Shown here in pieces: positions 36,959-50,559 of a DNA stretch of 64,000 nucleotides. Positions within the stretch are counted from its first letter, which is position 1; each line of letters begins with the position of its first letter. The notes below the pieces were generated by a model. The model was not told the origin of the DNA. It saw only the letters and a program-made list of their open reading frames with translations, and did no database searches. Source of the DNA: Raja brachyura (taxonomy: Eukaryota); the NCBI GenBank assembly GCA_963514005.1, contig OY740817.1, forward strand, positions 4,464,001-4,528,000. Direction: 5' to 3'. Position numbers and translations under genes: made by a program.

Positions 36959-38634
36959 AAAGTAAAGTAATATCCTAATGAATACTACTTTGTGAGGGTG
37001 GACATCAATGATGAAATTCACTACTGTCTCCAGTGGGCCTACATTGCTTGAAAATGCCAAAATGAAATTGTAGGCAGCTATCCTCAATCAGGCACCAAGT
37101 ACATGGTATTCCTACCCCCCCTCCCCCTTCAAAACAGACTATAAATAGCATCTCAAATCGTCAGAGGAACCAGCAAAGTCTTCCAAATCCATGGACAGGA
37201 AAATGAGCTAAGATTAAGAGTTCTTTCTCAGAATAACAACCCAGGACTGAAGCTCTCATTATGCGCAGCCATCGATGAGAGGGACATATGCTTGCAGGCT
37301 CTCAAAACAGCCATAATAAATTCTGTCATGGCAAGAGATTATCAGGAGCCAAGAGGAAATGCCTGAAGCTTATTCGCAAAGCTTCCTTAGAAAAAATATT
37401 GCATCCTTAATGACTCATGGAAATCCTTATCCTATAACCAAGACAGAGGCGCATGACTGAAAATCTAGTCTCTTTATCAAAAGTACAAGGATCAGTGAAA
37501 ACTACAAAAGAACACACCATCTCCTCTACCATCCCTTCACTACAAACATCTCCTGCAGCAGAGTTTGCAGATCCAATATAAGCCTCATTAACCATCTCAA
37601 TTACAAAAATCATGGATCGGAGAGGAAACAATTCACCCTGGAAGGAATGAGCAAGATGAGAACAATGACTTCAAGATATTTTTAATGTTCCTTAATAAAA
37701 CCCAAATCAAGTTTGGCAGGCTGGTATTCCTGTTATTTTGAAGATGTATCCAGGATTTACTGAAACTGATATATGGTGGTGCTAGAGCGTTCAGATAAAA
37801 ACTCATACCAAAAACCAATAATTGGGAAAAATATGATTTTGTTTTATTACTCGCTCTCCTAAAATAATTATTTAAACAGTTGATCCAAAAGATGGCATTA
37901 TTGTTGTTTAACACCTTTTAGAAGGAGCCCATTTCCTTACCTAATTGAATTTTGAACTGCATGCTCCTTTACTGTTTTATTTGTTTTTTTTACTTCGATA
38001 TTGAAGGTTATGGTACAAAGCAGAGGGCATCAGGTAGCTTATCTACAGTCAATATTCAAAACCATGACTATAGAAGTTACAAAATGCATTCAAGTGTTGT
38101 TAAACTACATGTTCAATTTAATTAGTTCAACACGCAACCAGTTAGTCTTCAAGTACTACACATTAATGTCATAAGGTTAATTATCTAATAAATCAACAAA
38201 AAGCAAACGTGAAGGCCTGCCAACCCCTGATGCATATCACTTTAGTGTGACAGCTTTTTCATTCCAACTAATTTATTCTGTGAAAATTCATCTTCATGCC
38301 ACCTTTTAAGCATAACATGCAACTTAATTACTGATCTACTTTTAACAAGCAAAAAGCCTGCTTCTACACAAACCACAGGGCACATTGGCCACTTTGAGTC
38401 TTCTTAGTGCAAGCATTTAAATCTTACAGAAAGAGAAATTTAAAGAAGTTGTACCGTTATAGCTTTGTTGATTTTTTTTAAAACAAGTATTTATGGCAAA
38501 ATAATGTGTGTTGAAGCATTCACTTCAGTGTCAAATAATTGCAATAGTATTCAGATCTGGTAAAATAAAGCAGATTTACAAACAAAATACAAACAACCCA
38601 AAATCTCAGGATCAATTTAATGGATTACTACAAT

Positions 38635-38770
38635 TGATTAGTAAGGGTGTCAGAAGTTATGGGGCAAAGCAGGAGAATGGGGTTGAGGGAAAAATAGATC
38701 AGCAATGATTGAATGACGGAGTAGACCAGATGGGCCAGATGACCATATTCTGCTGCTAGAGTTTATGAAC
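38635..38770 (+). mobile_element. CR1 3' tail fragment
   Basis: aagggtgtcagaagttatggg...gcaggagaatggggttgagg...tgattgaatg; the same tail lies on the minus strand at 46740-46855. Confidence 0.7.
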
Positions 38771-39337
38771 TATACAGGGCCATCAAGTTCTCCATTGCAT
38801 TGTTGAATTTCAGCGAGATTTCATTGGAATATCAATTAGCTAAAAACTACTTTAAAAACCACTTGTGCGTGTTTGATACAGTGTATGTCTGGCTGCAATG
38901 ACATGTGCTGTTAACCGTACAGTGTAGTCAAATTGCAGGATAATGCCATTTCAGTTAAACATTAAAACGTGTCAAATCGCATGCATGTATGTATATGAGG
39001 TTCACTGGCTTTACAAGTAAAGCAATAAAAAGAGTGAAAGATACTCTCAATAATCCTTGTCTGCATTTTAGTCCTTAATAATATGGCCTTCCCAACTATG
39101 ATAGTAGTGCAACTGGCACAACAGCACATTAAAGACAAGGGCTGGCCAGATATCATGTGAAAGGGTGAAAAAGGCTACAACTACAACTTGAATAAATGCA
39201 TTAAATAATGGAAACTGAAATCAATGTAATTATGATTATTAAAGCAATGTTTGCCCTGGGAAAGAGCACGTAATTATTTTCTACAATGCTACCAATTGCA
39301 TTTTACCAACTTATTTTCTTGTAGCCCCGAAACATTT

Positions 39338-41480
39338 TATTATTGTCACATGCACCAAGATACAATTGAAACTTTCGATTTGCAAGCTGTCTCGGTATAC
39401 ACAAGTACATAGGTAGTGCAAAAGAGAAAATAAACAGACCGCAGGATATAGTATTACACCTACAAAGAAAAGTATTGATATAAAAAAAAACTGTAAGAGG
39501 CACAACCAGGTAGATTGGAATTCATTCTTAGCATACAAGAGGTCCATGCTAGAATCTTATAACACCAGCGAATCTGGTAGCTTTCGTGTATGTATCTTCT
39601 GCCCAAACAGGAGATGCGATGAGAGAATAACGAAGGTGTGAATGATCCTTGATTATGCAGGCTACTTTCCAGAGGAAGCATGGAATCAATTAGGCCAGAG
39701 GAAGGTTAGACTAGTTTGCATGGTGGACTTTGCTGCATTCACAATTCTGTAATTTCTTGCAGTTTAGAGCAGAGAAGTTGCCATATCAAGCTGTGATGCA
39801 TCTACTTAGGATGTTTTCTATGGTGCATATGTAGAAATTGGTAAAAGTTAATTGAGACGTGTTAAATCTTCTTAGCCTTCTGAGGAAGAAAGAGACATGG
39901 ATGGTTTCTTGGTCGCACATGTTACTCTGCTTCCCGTCTCCTTCCTGTACATCATCTCGTCATTTTTTGAGATCCAGCTCATTGCAGTAATGTCATTGTA
40001 AATGGAGTTACAGTAGAATTTGGCTGCAGAATAGTGAATGGAGAGTACAGTGCCCCCCATAATGTTTGAAACAAAGACCCATCAGTTATTTATTTGCCTC
40101 TGTACTCCACAGTTTGAGATTTGTAATAGAAAAAAAGAGTTAAAATAAACATGGTCAGATTTCATTCAAGGCTATTTTTATACATTTTGGTTTCACCATG
40201 TCGAATTTACAGCCGTGTTTATACATAGTCTCCCCATTTCATGGCATCATGTTTGCGACACATGGCTTCACAGCTGTTTGTAATTGCTCAGGTGCATTTA
40301 ATTGCCTCTTTAAACCAGGTATAAGAGAGCTCTCAGCACCTAGTCTTCCCTCCAGGATTTCCTCTACCGTTGGAAACTTTTAATGGTGTTTATCAATATG
40401 AGGACCAAAGTTTTACCAATGAAAGTTAAATAAGCCACTATGAGACTGAGAAACAAGATTAAAACTGTTGAGACATCAGCCAAACCTCAGGCTTACCAAA
40501 ATTAACTGTTTGGAACATCATTAAGAAGAAAGAGAGCACTGGTGAGTTTATTAATCGCAAAGGGACGGGCAGGCAAAGGAAGAGTTCCACAGCTGATGAC
40601 AGAAGAATTCTGTCCATAATAAAGAAAAATCTCCAAACACCTGACAGATCAGAAACACTCTTCAGGTGTTAGGTATCAACTTGTCACTGACTACTGTCCA
40701 CAGAAGACTTCATGAACAGAAATAGAGAGGCTACACTGCAAGATGAATCTACAGGTTAGCCACAAAAATAGGATGGCCAGGTTAGTTTGCCAAGAAGTAC
40801 TTAAAGGAGCAACTATAGTTCTGAACAAAGGTCTTGTGGATGGATGAGACGAAGATAACATATCAGAGTGATGGCAAGAGCAAAGTATGGAGCAGAGAAG
40901 GAGCTGCCCAAGATCCAAAGCATATCACCTCATCTGTGAAACACGGTGGTGGGAGTGTTATAGCCTGGGTATGTATGGCTGCTGAAGGTACTGGTTCACT
41001 AATCTTCATTGATGATACATCTGCTGATGGTAGTAGCATATTGAATCCTGATGTGTACAGACATATCCTATCTGCTCAAGTTCAAACAAATGCCTCAAAA
41101 CTCATTGGCCGGCGGTTCTTTCTACAGCAAGACAATGGTCCCAAACATACTGCTACAGCGACAAAGGGAGTTTTTCCAAAGCTAAAAAATGGTAAATCCT
41201 TGCAGGGTGTTGAGAATTGTCGCAGATGATTTCTTTGTCTCCTATCCTCATCGATTATGGTCTATGTGTCAGGAAGTTAAGGATCTAACTGCTGACTCCT
41301 AGGACCAGAAATTGGGAGACGAGTTTGGCTGGCATCAATAAACGCAGAACTGTAGTCTGACACAACTGTTAGTGTTATCTGGTTGTTCCAGGGATGAATG
41401 TAGAGGCAAGGAGATGCACCTGTCGTGTACTTGTTGCAGCAGTAGGCGAATTGCAATGTATCATGAGTGTCTGGGAGGTT
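39338..41480 (-). mobile_element. Decayed Rex1 LINE split by the Tc1 insertion
   Basis: Tail ...ggtgcatgtgacaataata at about 39340 and LQFAY at about 41450; the RT remnant continues on both sides of the Tc1. Confidence 0.7.
40048..41195 (+). mobile_element. Tc1 DNA transposon (IR/DR type), right end missing, transposase pseudogene
   Basis: TA|CAGTG ITR with an inner repeat at about 40245; MRTK start at about 40398; WMDETK, VKHGGGSVIAW and QQDNGPKHT motifs; stops and frameshifts. Confidence 0.92.
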
Positions 41481-41499
41481 GGGGTTGATTACTTTTATT

Positions 41500-41725
41500 C
41501 CCTCAAACTCCCATCAACTCTCCATTGATTTTGATACTTACTACATGAATGGATAGTTTGCCAATTAATCCACCAATGTATCTTTGTGATGTTCAACAGA
41601 AACTGGATGCAGTCACAGGAAGCACATGCAAATTCCACATAGGGCATCCACGATCAAGATCAGCCAAGTCCATCCAAGTTGCAAAGCAGCAGTGCTATTC
41701 TCCCCTCCCCACCCCGTGCCCATGA
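41500..41725 (-). mobile_element. Degenerate HE1-type SINE
   Basis: gcagtcacaggaagcacatgcaaattccaca is the reverse complement of the HE1 body. Confidence 0.55.
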
Positions 41726-42759
41726 GGTGTGACGATCAGTGGGCATCAATTTTTGGGCTCATCGCCTTTGACCGTCAAAAGAAGATTTTCTGAAATCAAA
41801 GGCAAAAATCATCCGCGAAATGAAAGATTGGAGATTATCAAATTTCTGTCAACCTGGGCAGGTCTTTGGTTTCTCACTACAGCAGCAAATGCAGAGATGT
41901 TTAAACAAAGGAAAAGAGCAAGGCAATTGGAGGCATGTGAGAAGCTTACCTTCCAACCCAAATTAACATGTAGAATAATATTAAACAGCATAAGAAGGGC
42001 AAATAATTAAGGACATCAAATGGAAATGTTATGATTTATAAAGTCAATACCCAATCAAGTTTGCTGAAGAATATGTCAGTGAAATAAAATATGATAGAAG
42101 GCAAGGTGAATTAGGAAAAAACAAATAGAAAAGGAGAAAGGAAACGGTCTTCCACGATCAGCAAGATACAGGTTCTGCAGACTCATTTCTTCTTACATTA
42201 CAAGTGTTGAGAATAGTAAACAAGGCCAAATCAAAAGAGTGAATGTTGTATGGTGCTCACTTAAGGAGCAGAACCAAACTGTTTCTTTTGCTATATTTGG
42301 ATTTTCATTTGGTACAGGCTCTTAAGACTGTATTTTCCTCAAAAAATGTTGCTGCATATCTTTGATGAATACTGCCAAAATGTTGGACAATAAACCCAGA
42401 AGCTCATAAATAATGATCACAAGCGTGATTTTCCAATCTTCAGTGAATGGTCCTTGAACCCTCCAGCACATCAGCAGTGATCTACATGCATGTTTAATTT
42501 TTTTTTTAGGTTATCCAATATAAATATCAGCCCCATTCCACCTAACCGCACATTGGAGAAATGAAACAAATTGGGAGATTCTGTACAAACCTAATACAGA
42601 TGCAGGAAGCATAAAAAACAATTTAGTATTTTGTTGAGAGCTGTACAAGTCAGCACCAATAATGGCAGTTAATGCGAAACACTGCTGTGAAGAGAGATCA
42701 GGAACAAAATATGATAGAGGATGGTTTAATCCCAAAAAGCAAATTTTGCAGGTGAATTT

Positions 42760-42915
42760 CAAATAAAAGCAGAAAAGACCAGAAATACTCAGGTCAGGCA
42801 GCATCTGTGGAGAGAAAAACAAAGTTAATGTTTCAAGTTAATACCTTTTCAACATTCTATTTCTCTCTCCACAGACACTGTCTGTCTTGCTGTGTATTTC
42901 CAGCACTGTTCAGTT
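42760..42915. mobile_element. Old fold-back Penelope-derived element
   Basis: Inverted arms aaatactcaggtcaggcagcatctgtggagaga and tctctccacagacactgtc...gtatttccagc; a similar element lies at 45690-45830. Confidence 0.6.
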
Positions 42916-43794
42916 TAATAGTCCAAGGGTTGCAGATGTGTTCTATCCCCAAAAGAATGATTTGTGTTTAATTCAAAACCATAAATTATTTGAAATAGTA
43001 GATGCGGCCAAGTTTACTGGAGCATGAAAGCATGATTTTATCGTTCTGTGCGTTTGGTACTTGGTGCTCACTGGAAGAACAGAAATGGTGCCATTTTTGT
43101 GATGACAATGTTCCTACAGTATAATCATGCTGAAAATTAAGGGATACTGGTGCAGTGAATGTAACCGTCCATTTAGTGTGTAATTTGAAGCAGGATTTGG
43201 AGGTACCTTATGTTTCTTGCTCTTTTGCTAATGGGATAAAGTGAAAAAAGGACATGTTTTAGGTTAAAAAATCTGATTCACTTATATGGCAAATTCACAC
43301 ACAAAATAGAAAGGTGCCCAAGTGAGATTCATATGCCCTCTATCCGACGCTACAATTTTCTTCCTCCTTTCCAGATATGCATTTATTATTCCTCGATAAG
43401 TCTAGACAAGAGTCAGCAGAATGTTTGAGAAAATCTTACCAAAGCAGGTTAAGTTCCAGGCCAATGAGCGTAACTATTTTTCTGCAGAATTCATGTCCAC
43501 AGAGATGAAGATAAATACATTGGCTGAAATTATATCAAGTCAGAATAGATCAGGAATTAAACATGTGACATCCTTGATTTTGCCATTTAACCAATGCTTC
43601 ATAATTAAATTAGTGTAACAGCATCCGGAAAGCGGATTTTATAGATATGTTTACACTTTAAAATATGGGCATGCAGATGCATTCCATTGTGTCAAGGTGC
43701 CTGGCCACTTTAATGAAAGACCAGAAGGGAGATATTTATTTTATAGTGTACTGGCACATGCTGAGGTATACTCCATTATGATAAAAGGCTTAGA

Positions 43795-44060
43795 ATGTAG
43801 AAAAGTACAGCACAAGAATAGGCCTTTTGGCCCATTAAGTGCTACACATGTCAAACATGATCTCGCTGAACTAATTGCATCTGCCTGTGATCCATATCAC
43901 TCCCTGCATATCTATGTAACTACAAAAAAAATCTCAAATACCACTTTCGCATCTGCCTCCTCCACCACCCTGGCACCACTTTAGAGGCACCGATCACCCT
44001 CTGTGTAAAGATCTGCGCTGCACATCTCCTTTAAAGTTTGCTCCTTTCACATTAAAGTTA
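43795..44060 (-). mobile_element. CR1 3' fragment
   Basis: Reverse complement of a CR1 tail (tacagcacaagaataggccttttggccc). Confidence 0.6.
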
Positions 44061-46929
44061 TACGTTTTAGACTTTGTGCCATAATTTGCATGGTGGTTCA
44101 AAAAAATAATTAAATGTATCCAATGAAATACTCTTGCGTTTGCTGCTAATGAAGTTCATCCCTCCATCAACCACACACACCCGTTCAAGAAATATATTTT
44201 AAACTAGTCTTGTGACATGGATGCAAAATTCTGTTGCAATAACACAAAAGCATTGATCTTATTTAATGATGATCTCAACATTTTTTCCCAATTTGGATAA
44301 GGAGTCATTTTGAATGTCTATATCAGTCATTTGAAAAGGAAAGAAAATACAGGAGTCTCAACTTGAACCCAATATTTCCATGTATTAATTTCTCCACCAA
44401 TTCAGTAAAACATCTGATTAAAGTAATTTTAATTTCTATAGGATTCTTACATACACTGTATGGATTCAAGTATGGAGAGTAGTTCAATTGTCTGCTTGTC
44501 CCACAACAGTCTAAAATTATTATTTAAAAAACAATGCCTTTTTTGCTTTTTACTTTTTCCTTCCTCATCTTTGTAAAATACCGTTTTGATTTCACATAGC
44601 GAATGCGTCAAAGTGGAATGGAATCCGAGTTCAGTTTGGATATAACATGAGTAAGTCAGAAGGTGGTCTACGATTCATTCCACCAGTAGCTCCTACAAAG
44701 TCATTTCAGATTACTGATCAGTAAAGTTTCCATTGCACATCACCCATACCTGCATGTTAAAAACCAAACTTCATCCACCAAGAAGATTTTGAATTTCATT
44801 TTCCTTATATATCAAATAAGCTTCTTTCCAACAATAATAACTGGGTACATACATTGACACTACCAATCCAGTTGCTGAAAAAAAAGTCCTCAAGGGTTCA
44901 CATGCAAAAGAGCACAAAAAAACAATTGCGCTCAAGATATTGCACTTGAAACTCTCCCCAGCCTTTCGCAAGTTAAGATTAACTTCAGAGCACATCTCAT
45001 TCAAATGAACATGGTGGCTCTGCACTGGCTCAGCAAATAAATATACGTATAAAGTACTCAGCCATATAGTCCATGATTTCATCTTTGATCTCAATGGTGT
45101 TATCTTGTGGAAATGTTGACCTCACATTTTTTGCAAACTGGCGAATGTCATTTAGAATTGCTACTTCTGAACACCACCCAGTAATCCATGCTGAAAAGTG
45201 AATTAGTGGGATGAGAACAGAAAGGGGCTCAGAAATGATGCCCTTATCTGGGTTCACACAAACGCCATGTGAACGGAGGCATGAAAAGGGCACAGGTATG
45301 CATAATATGAACAGCACCTTTGTGTCATCCCGAGAGAAAAACATGACACGCTTATGCAATAGCAAATTTTGATTGCTAACATAAACATAGAAATACTACC
45401 GTACCTTCTGGTTTATTTCAAGCAGACCATTCAGTGTTACACTTTGGTCCGTCCTGAAAGAAATTGGGAAATAACTTTAGACTCTAACAAAGCATTTTAA
45501 TAAGCAATAGTCAACAGAGAATAAACATGCAACATACACGTCTTATTAACACAGCAGCATCAAGAATATAGTTGAATTTTATTCAAACCACTAACTTTAC
45601 AGAGTGTTGAGAATATAAAGTTTCACTTAGTATACTGACTGAGATTCCAAAAACAAACAGCAAAATACAGAAGGATGCTAGAAGTTTAAAATTAAAACAA
45701 AAAATACTGAAAGCAAGTCAGGCAGCACATGCGGAGAGGGAAACAGTTAATCTTTCAGATCCCGAACTGCATTTCCCTCTCTCCACAGATGTGGCCAGAC
45801 CTGCTGAGTAGCTCGTGTTTTTGTTTTCGCTTGTAATTTTATAAAATCTCACCTTTCAAATTGTGTTGCTCAATACTGCACAACAACTATATAACTTAAA
45901 TTATTAGTGACTGTTTTGTCCTGTCTGTTGTGAAGAGTTTTCAGTTGTAAACTTTCATCATAGCAAATTAATTTAATTATCTAACTACAAATCACCTGTA
46001 AAGTATTTGGACAAAAATGTGGATAGCAAGAATGTGAGTTTACACAATTTGTCTAAACTTTGATAGATTAGAGCAAATAATGAAATATCGTTGTTACAAA
46101 TCTCAGGATTCATTTTAGAGATTTCACTGTATTGATCATACCTGTAAGAACATGGAGTGGAGAGTACCTTCAGGGTATTTTCAAGAATTATGTAAGACAA
46201 TGGTTAAATGTCCTTTACACATCTCAGATGCGTGTCTATAATGCTCGATATCTAATCATACTGTAGAATTAGAACGGATGTAGTTTGCTTCAGTCAGAAC
46301 CCCCCCCCCACGATAAATGCCTTATGGTTTTACTACTGCTAATTGTTAACCACCAGGGTATCACCTGGAAGTATATTTTCCAATGTGGGTATCTTAGATG
46401 TCACCAGTGGTTCCAACAGCTGCCAATATTGACACGAATTAACAGAAACCACATGGTCATAAAGACTTGAATCCTTGGAAATATAACCTAGCAAATTAGT
46501 CAACTGAGTCAGAAATAGATCAAAATTGGAGAGCACATGCAACAACAACAAAAAAATTCCAATTTAGTTGAACGACTCATTTTACATGAGCAAAATGCAT
46601 TCAATACACCTATCACTATGGATCGATTTGACTTTACATACAAGTTGAAATAATTGTTTTAAGAATGAGGTTCTTGCCCAACAGATTACATAGCCTCAAG
46701 TTTCACTCCAGAGCACATAAATCAGGTGTTCGTAAGCTCAGTGATAGGAGCAGAATTAGGTAATTTGGCGCATCAAGTCTACTCCGCCATTCAACCATGG
46801 CTGATCTATCTCGCCCTCCGAACCCCATTCTCCTGCCTTCTCCCGATAACTCCTGAACATGTTATAGAAGCACTGTAATACAGAAACTGCCCTTTTCAAA
46901 ATAATTCAATGGACATTCAATGGAGCTTG

Positions 46930-47140
46930 CATGGAGATTGCCAAAAATCCTACTGGAGACATCTTCCGCCATTTCTTCTAACTATTCTTTAGCCCTCAAA
47001 CAACTCCATCAATAATAACTTGCCCGCTTACTTGCTTGTGCAAACTGACTGCCACATTTCCTTTCATAACAGTAGCAACTTAATTACATAGTACTTCTTT
47101 GATGTAAAGTGGCTAGGAAATGTTCTTAAATCACAGAAAG
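46930..47140 (+). mobile_element. Ancient Deu-domain SINE remnant
   Basis: cttgcttgtgcaaactgactgccacatttcct...aacagt...tgtaaag resembles the SacSINE1/DeuSINE 3' part. Confidence 0.45.
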
Positions 47141-47999
47141 CATATACATTTTAGTTTGCTCTAGTAATAAATTAATGTCCATTTTGAATGCAATATCATT
47201 CTGTCCTTACCACTGCACTGTTTTCAATTATTTTGTGCTGGTCTGGGTTATGTTATTTTCGCAATAGGCAGTCATTAGTAAAATGTTTGGAGGGAAGGTA
47301 CAAAACTGGCAGGACAACATATTTTATACAAAGCTGCAGCTGATTTAATAAGGGAATATTCTTTAGCAGTTACTAGGGAGGTTTCTGAAGATAACTCATC
47401 AAATTAAAACAAATCTGGATTTAACAAATAAGCAACATTGAACAGAGACTTGAGCTTCATAGATCGAAGCAAACGGATTATTGTTGGTAAAACACAGATG
47501 TTTCCTGAGACCCCAAAACATGCATGTCAAATAATACAGAAGATTTTGTAAATAGAATTTGTTCAACTTTTAAAGTCCATACAGGTATTCAAGGTACAGG
47601 AAAGGGGGAATTCAATATTTTTATTTCTAAATTGTATACTTTGCTTCTAAATTTAATTCTTTCCAGATTGTAAATTCTGTTAAACAGTTGAAAAGTTTAG
47701 GAACAGAACCCCCCCACAAGTTTGCAATGTAAACATATTCTGGTATTTTGCTCAAATTCTTTTGAAATTTCTGTTGATCCTAGTGCAAAAAAAAAAAAAC
47801 TTGCTGGAGTAACTCAAGGGAAATGGAAGTCTCACTGAATTTCTCCAGCAGTTTGGGTTTTTTTAAATTTGCAACAGACTCCAGCATCTACGGTCTCTTG
47901 TTGGTCCTAGATTTTAAAGATGGTTTCAATATTTTTGAATTAGTTCTCAGAACATACAAATTTGCACGAAATATAATGAGTATTTTATCATTATGAACC

Positions 48000-48738
48000 A
48001 AGGACAAAGACAAATATCACATACACCAATTGGTGTAGTGAAATTTGACTTGCCATTGCAGCACACCAATAAAAATAAGACACATCAAAGAATTTAACAA
48101 TGAACATAACCCCCCCCCCCAACAATGGTTCCTACTGTGAGGGAAGGCAGCAGAGTCCAGTCCTATCCCCGTTCACCCATGGTCGGGCCTATTGAAGCCT
48201 CCGCTGTTGCCGCTACGGCAGCCCGATGCTTCAGGCCCTCTTGCCGGATGATGGAGCTCCGGCGTCGGAAGAACACTCTCAGCGGCTTAGAATGTCTGAA
48301 GCGGCCGCTCCCTCCCCGGAGACCACGGCTCCCGAAGTCCACGGGCCACACTGGTCTGAGCTCCGACACTGGCGACCTGGGCGAGAGATCCCAGGCTCCG
48401 CAGTGTTTAAAGTTCAGCGCAGCCCGCAGCCACAGGTCCTCGGATGTTGGAGTCAACGGTCTCAGCACACCACACGGCGACCCGGGTAAGGCATTGCCCG
48501 CTCCCTGACGGTGCTTCAGCGCTGTGCCGCCGCTGAAGTTCTGGCCGGTCCCGGCAGAAAGCGGCCAGAGAAAAGCCACATCTCCGACCAGGTAGGGACT
48601 GAGAAAAATAGTTTCCCCTTTCCCCCCTCCCCCACATAAAAAGACTAGAAGGCCTCCAAAACAAACACTTTTAACTCACTAAAAATAAAAAAGGGTGAAA
48701 GGACTAACAGCTGCTGGCAGGGCTGTCATACTCGACGG
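48000..48738 (-). mobile_element. GC-rich non-coding retroposon, same family as 9345-10180
   Basis: Collinear similarity, including catacaccaattggtgtagtgaaatttga, cacggcgacccgggtaaggcattgcccgctcc and gactgagaaaaa. Confidence 0.82.
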
Positions 48739-48884
48739 TAAGCAAGTTACCATACAATATCAAACATCTACCAGGAAAATGCATGGGTGTGGTTGTTCAA
48801 CAAATGCCCACCAAATGAAGTTTCTTCGAGGTCAGTAATGGACAAAGCCATTCTTAACTTCAAGTTATTCAAGATGTACTTTCC

Positions 48885-49170
48885 AGCTTACATAGCACTT
48901 CTGAAGCAGTCACCATTGCATTACATGAAATATAGCAGCAGTTTGGCACACATGATCTTAGAAAGGACACTGTGATAATGAACAGGGAATAAAGCAGTTT
49001 TAATTGATGAGTGCACATTGGGCAGGGCATCAGACATAACAAATTTGCGTGTCCTTGGAAGAGTTGTGGGATTTTCAGACATTTCTGCAGGAAGAGTTAC
49101 CGGATCTCAATTGTATACATCATTCTAAAGGCAGCACCTTCAGTGATGTATTGGAATGTCAATCTTTTAA
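48885..49170 (-). mobile_element. Ancient Deu-domain SINE remnant
   Basis: gtgataatga...gggattttcagac...catcattctaaaggcagcaccttcagtg...ggaatgtca resembles the reverse complement of the Deu domain. Confidence 0.5.
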
Positions 49171-49929
49171 ATCAGATTCAAGGACACTCTCAACTGTGCT
49201 ACAGCCGATATTTACTGATTAACATTGTGTTATATTGGGGAAAGTTTTTCAAAGTCCTGCAGAGCGAGACAGAAGTTGGGTCAATTAGTTTCTTGGATGT
49301 AGTTTCACAGTTTACTGCACATGGCCGATCTCTACTTCAGTCTCACTTACCTGCTCTTGGCCTTATCTCACAATATCCTATTCAACAAGTGACCATCAAC
49401 CTCAGTCCTCAAAACTTTCAGTTAAGCCAACACGAACTGCCTTTTCTGAGCTTATCCTAACACTGTTTGCTCACCAACCATAAAAAAAAATACTGAAGGG
49501 AATGGAAAAAACCCTCTGCTCCGACTTTTTTTTCGATGCTCCATGCCTTAGTCTAAATACATCTCCCTGAAATTGACGACATTTGTCGACCCTTGACATA
49601 AGGCTTAAAGTCGTACAAAATCAATAAGCATGATCCTGATGTTTGTCGAAGGAACACAAAAACTGCAAATTGGTATGAATACAAGGACAGACTCGAAAAC
49701 ATAGCATTGTACCAGTTGAAAGATTACAATTTTTCCAGATTCCCCACGATAATCTGAATAAACACTTAAAGCTGTGAAATAATTAATGTAATTATTTTCT
49801 GTGGCCACAAATATTACAGATGCAGGAAAGTCAGCTGAAATACCAATCTTTCAAAATTTCAAGAACTGAAGAAAAGATATGTTGCAAAATAAAACGTTTT
49901 TCACATTTATCAATAAGCGAGTTCAGTAT

Positions 49930-50400
49930 TCCAACTGCGCATGCCCAGGTCATAGGTCACTCACCAAACACATTGTCATTAGCGGATCTGCTGTGTGTTA
50001 TCAGACCTTCGTTTCATTCGTATTTTCCAGCTTTGATTCTTCTAGGTAAGAAAATACTGCTTTCAAACTATGAATTTGTTGTATTTATTGTTCCTTTGTA
50101 TAAAGCTATGATGATTTTGTCGTTTTTGTTGCTTAATGTATCGGTGAGTGCTTCCTGCTTCGTGCTGCTCCGTGTGGTCGAGGTCGGGTCTCCGGCGCTG
50201 AGGGCGCTGTTGAGTTGCTGCTGGGCCGTCCCCGTCCGGGTGTCCCGTCCCTGTTCGGAGGTGTCGAGGTTCGATCCTGGCTGCGGATGAGGTGCGGGTC
50301 TGTGCGCGTGCTCCTCCCACTCACATCTGCACCCTCTCTCTCTCTCTCTCTCTCTCTCTTTCACTGTTACACCCCGCTCTCCCGCTACCTGGCACCTCCG
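49930..50400. promoter_or_regulatory. Small CpG-rich promoter-like region
   Basis: NRF1-like TGCGCATGC at about 49936, ETS-like GCTTCCTG at about 50150, a CpG-dense stretch at 50140-50400, a (CT)n tract and consensus splice donors on both strands. Confidence 0.55.
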
Positions 50401-50559
50401 TTCCTCAGATTAAATATATTTTTACACATTAATTATGAATAAAAATAAGAACTTATACACAGTTTCTTCAGCCAACACTTTGTTTCCTTTTTCTTAAGGC
50501 ATATGACCTTTGATTCCTTGCGTTTTTTAGAATACTCGCTAACTGGTTGGTCCCAACCC

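Noticed and set aside
44613-44683. Inverted repeat gtggaatggaatc / gattcattccac as a pre-miRNA
   Set aside because: Only about 12 bp pair, the interior pairs poorly, and there is no known miRNA match.
50108-50202. C/D snoRNA-like ATGATGA...CTGA
   Set aside because: There is no terminal stem or recognisable guide, and it spans a putative splice donor.
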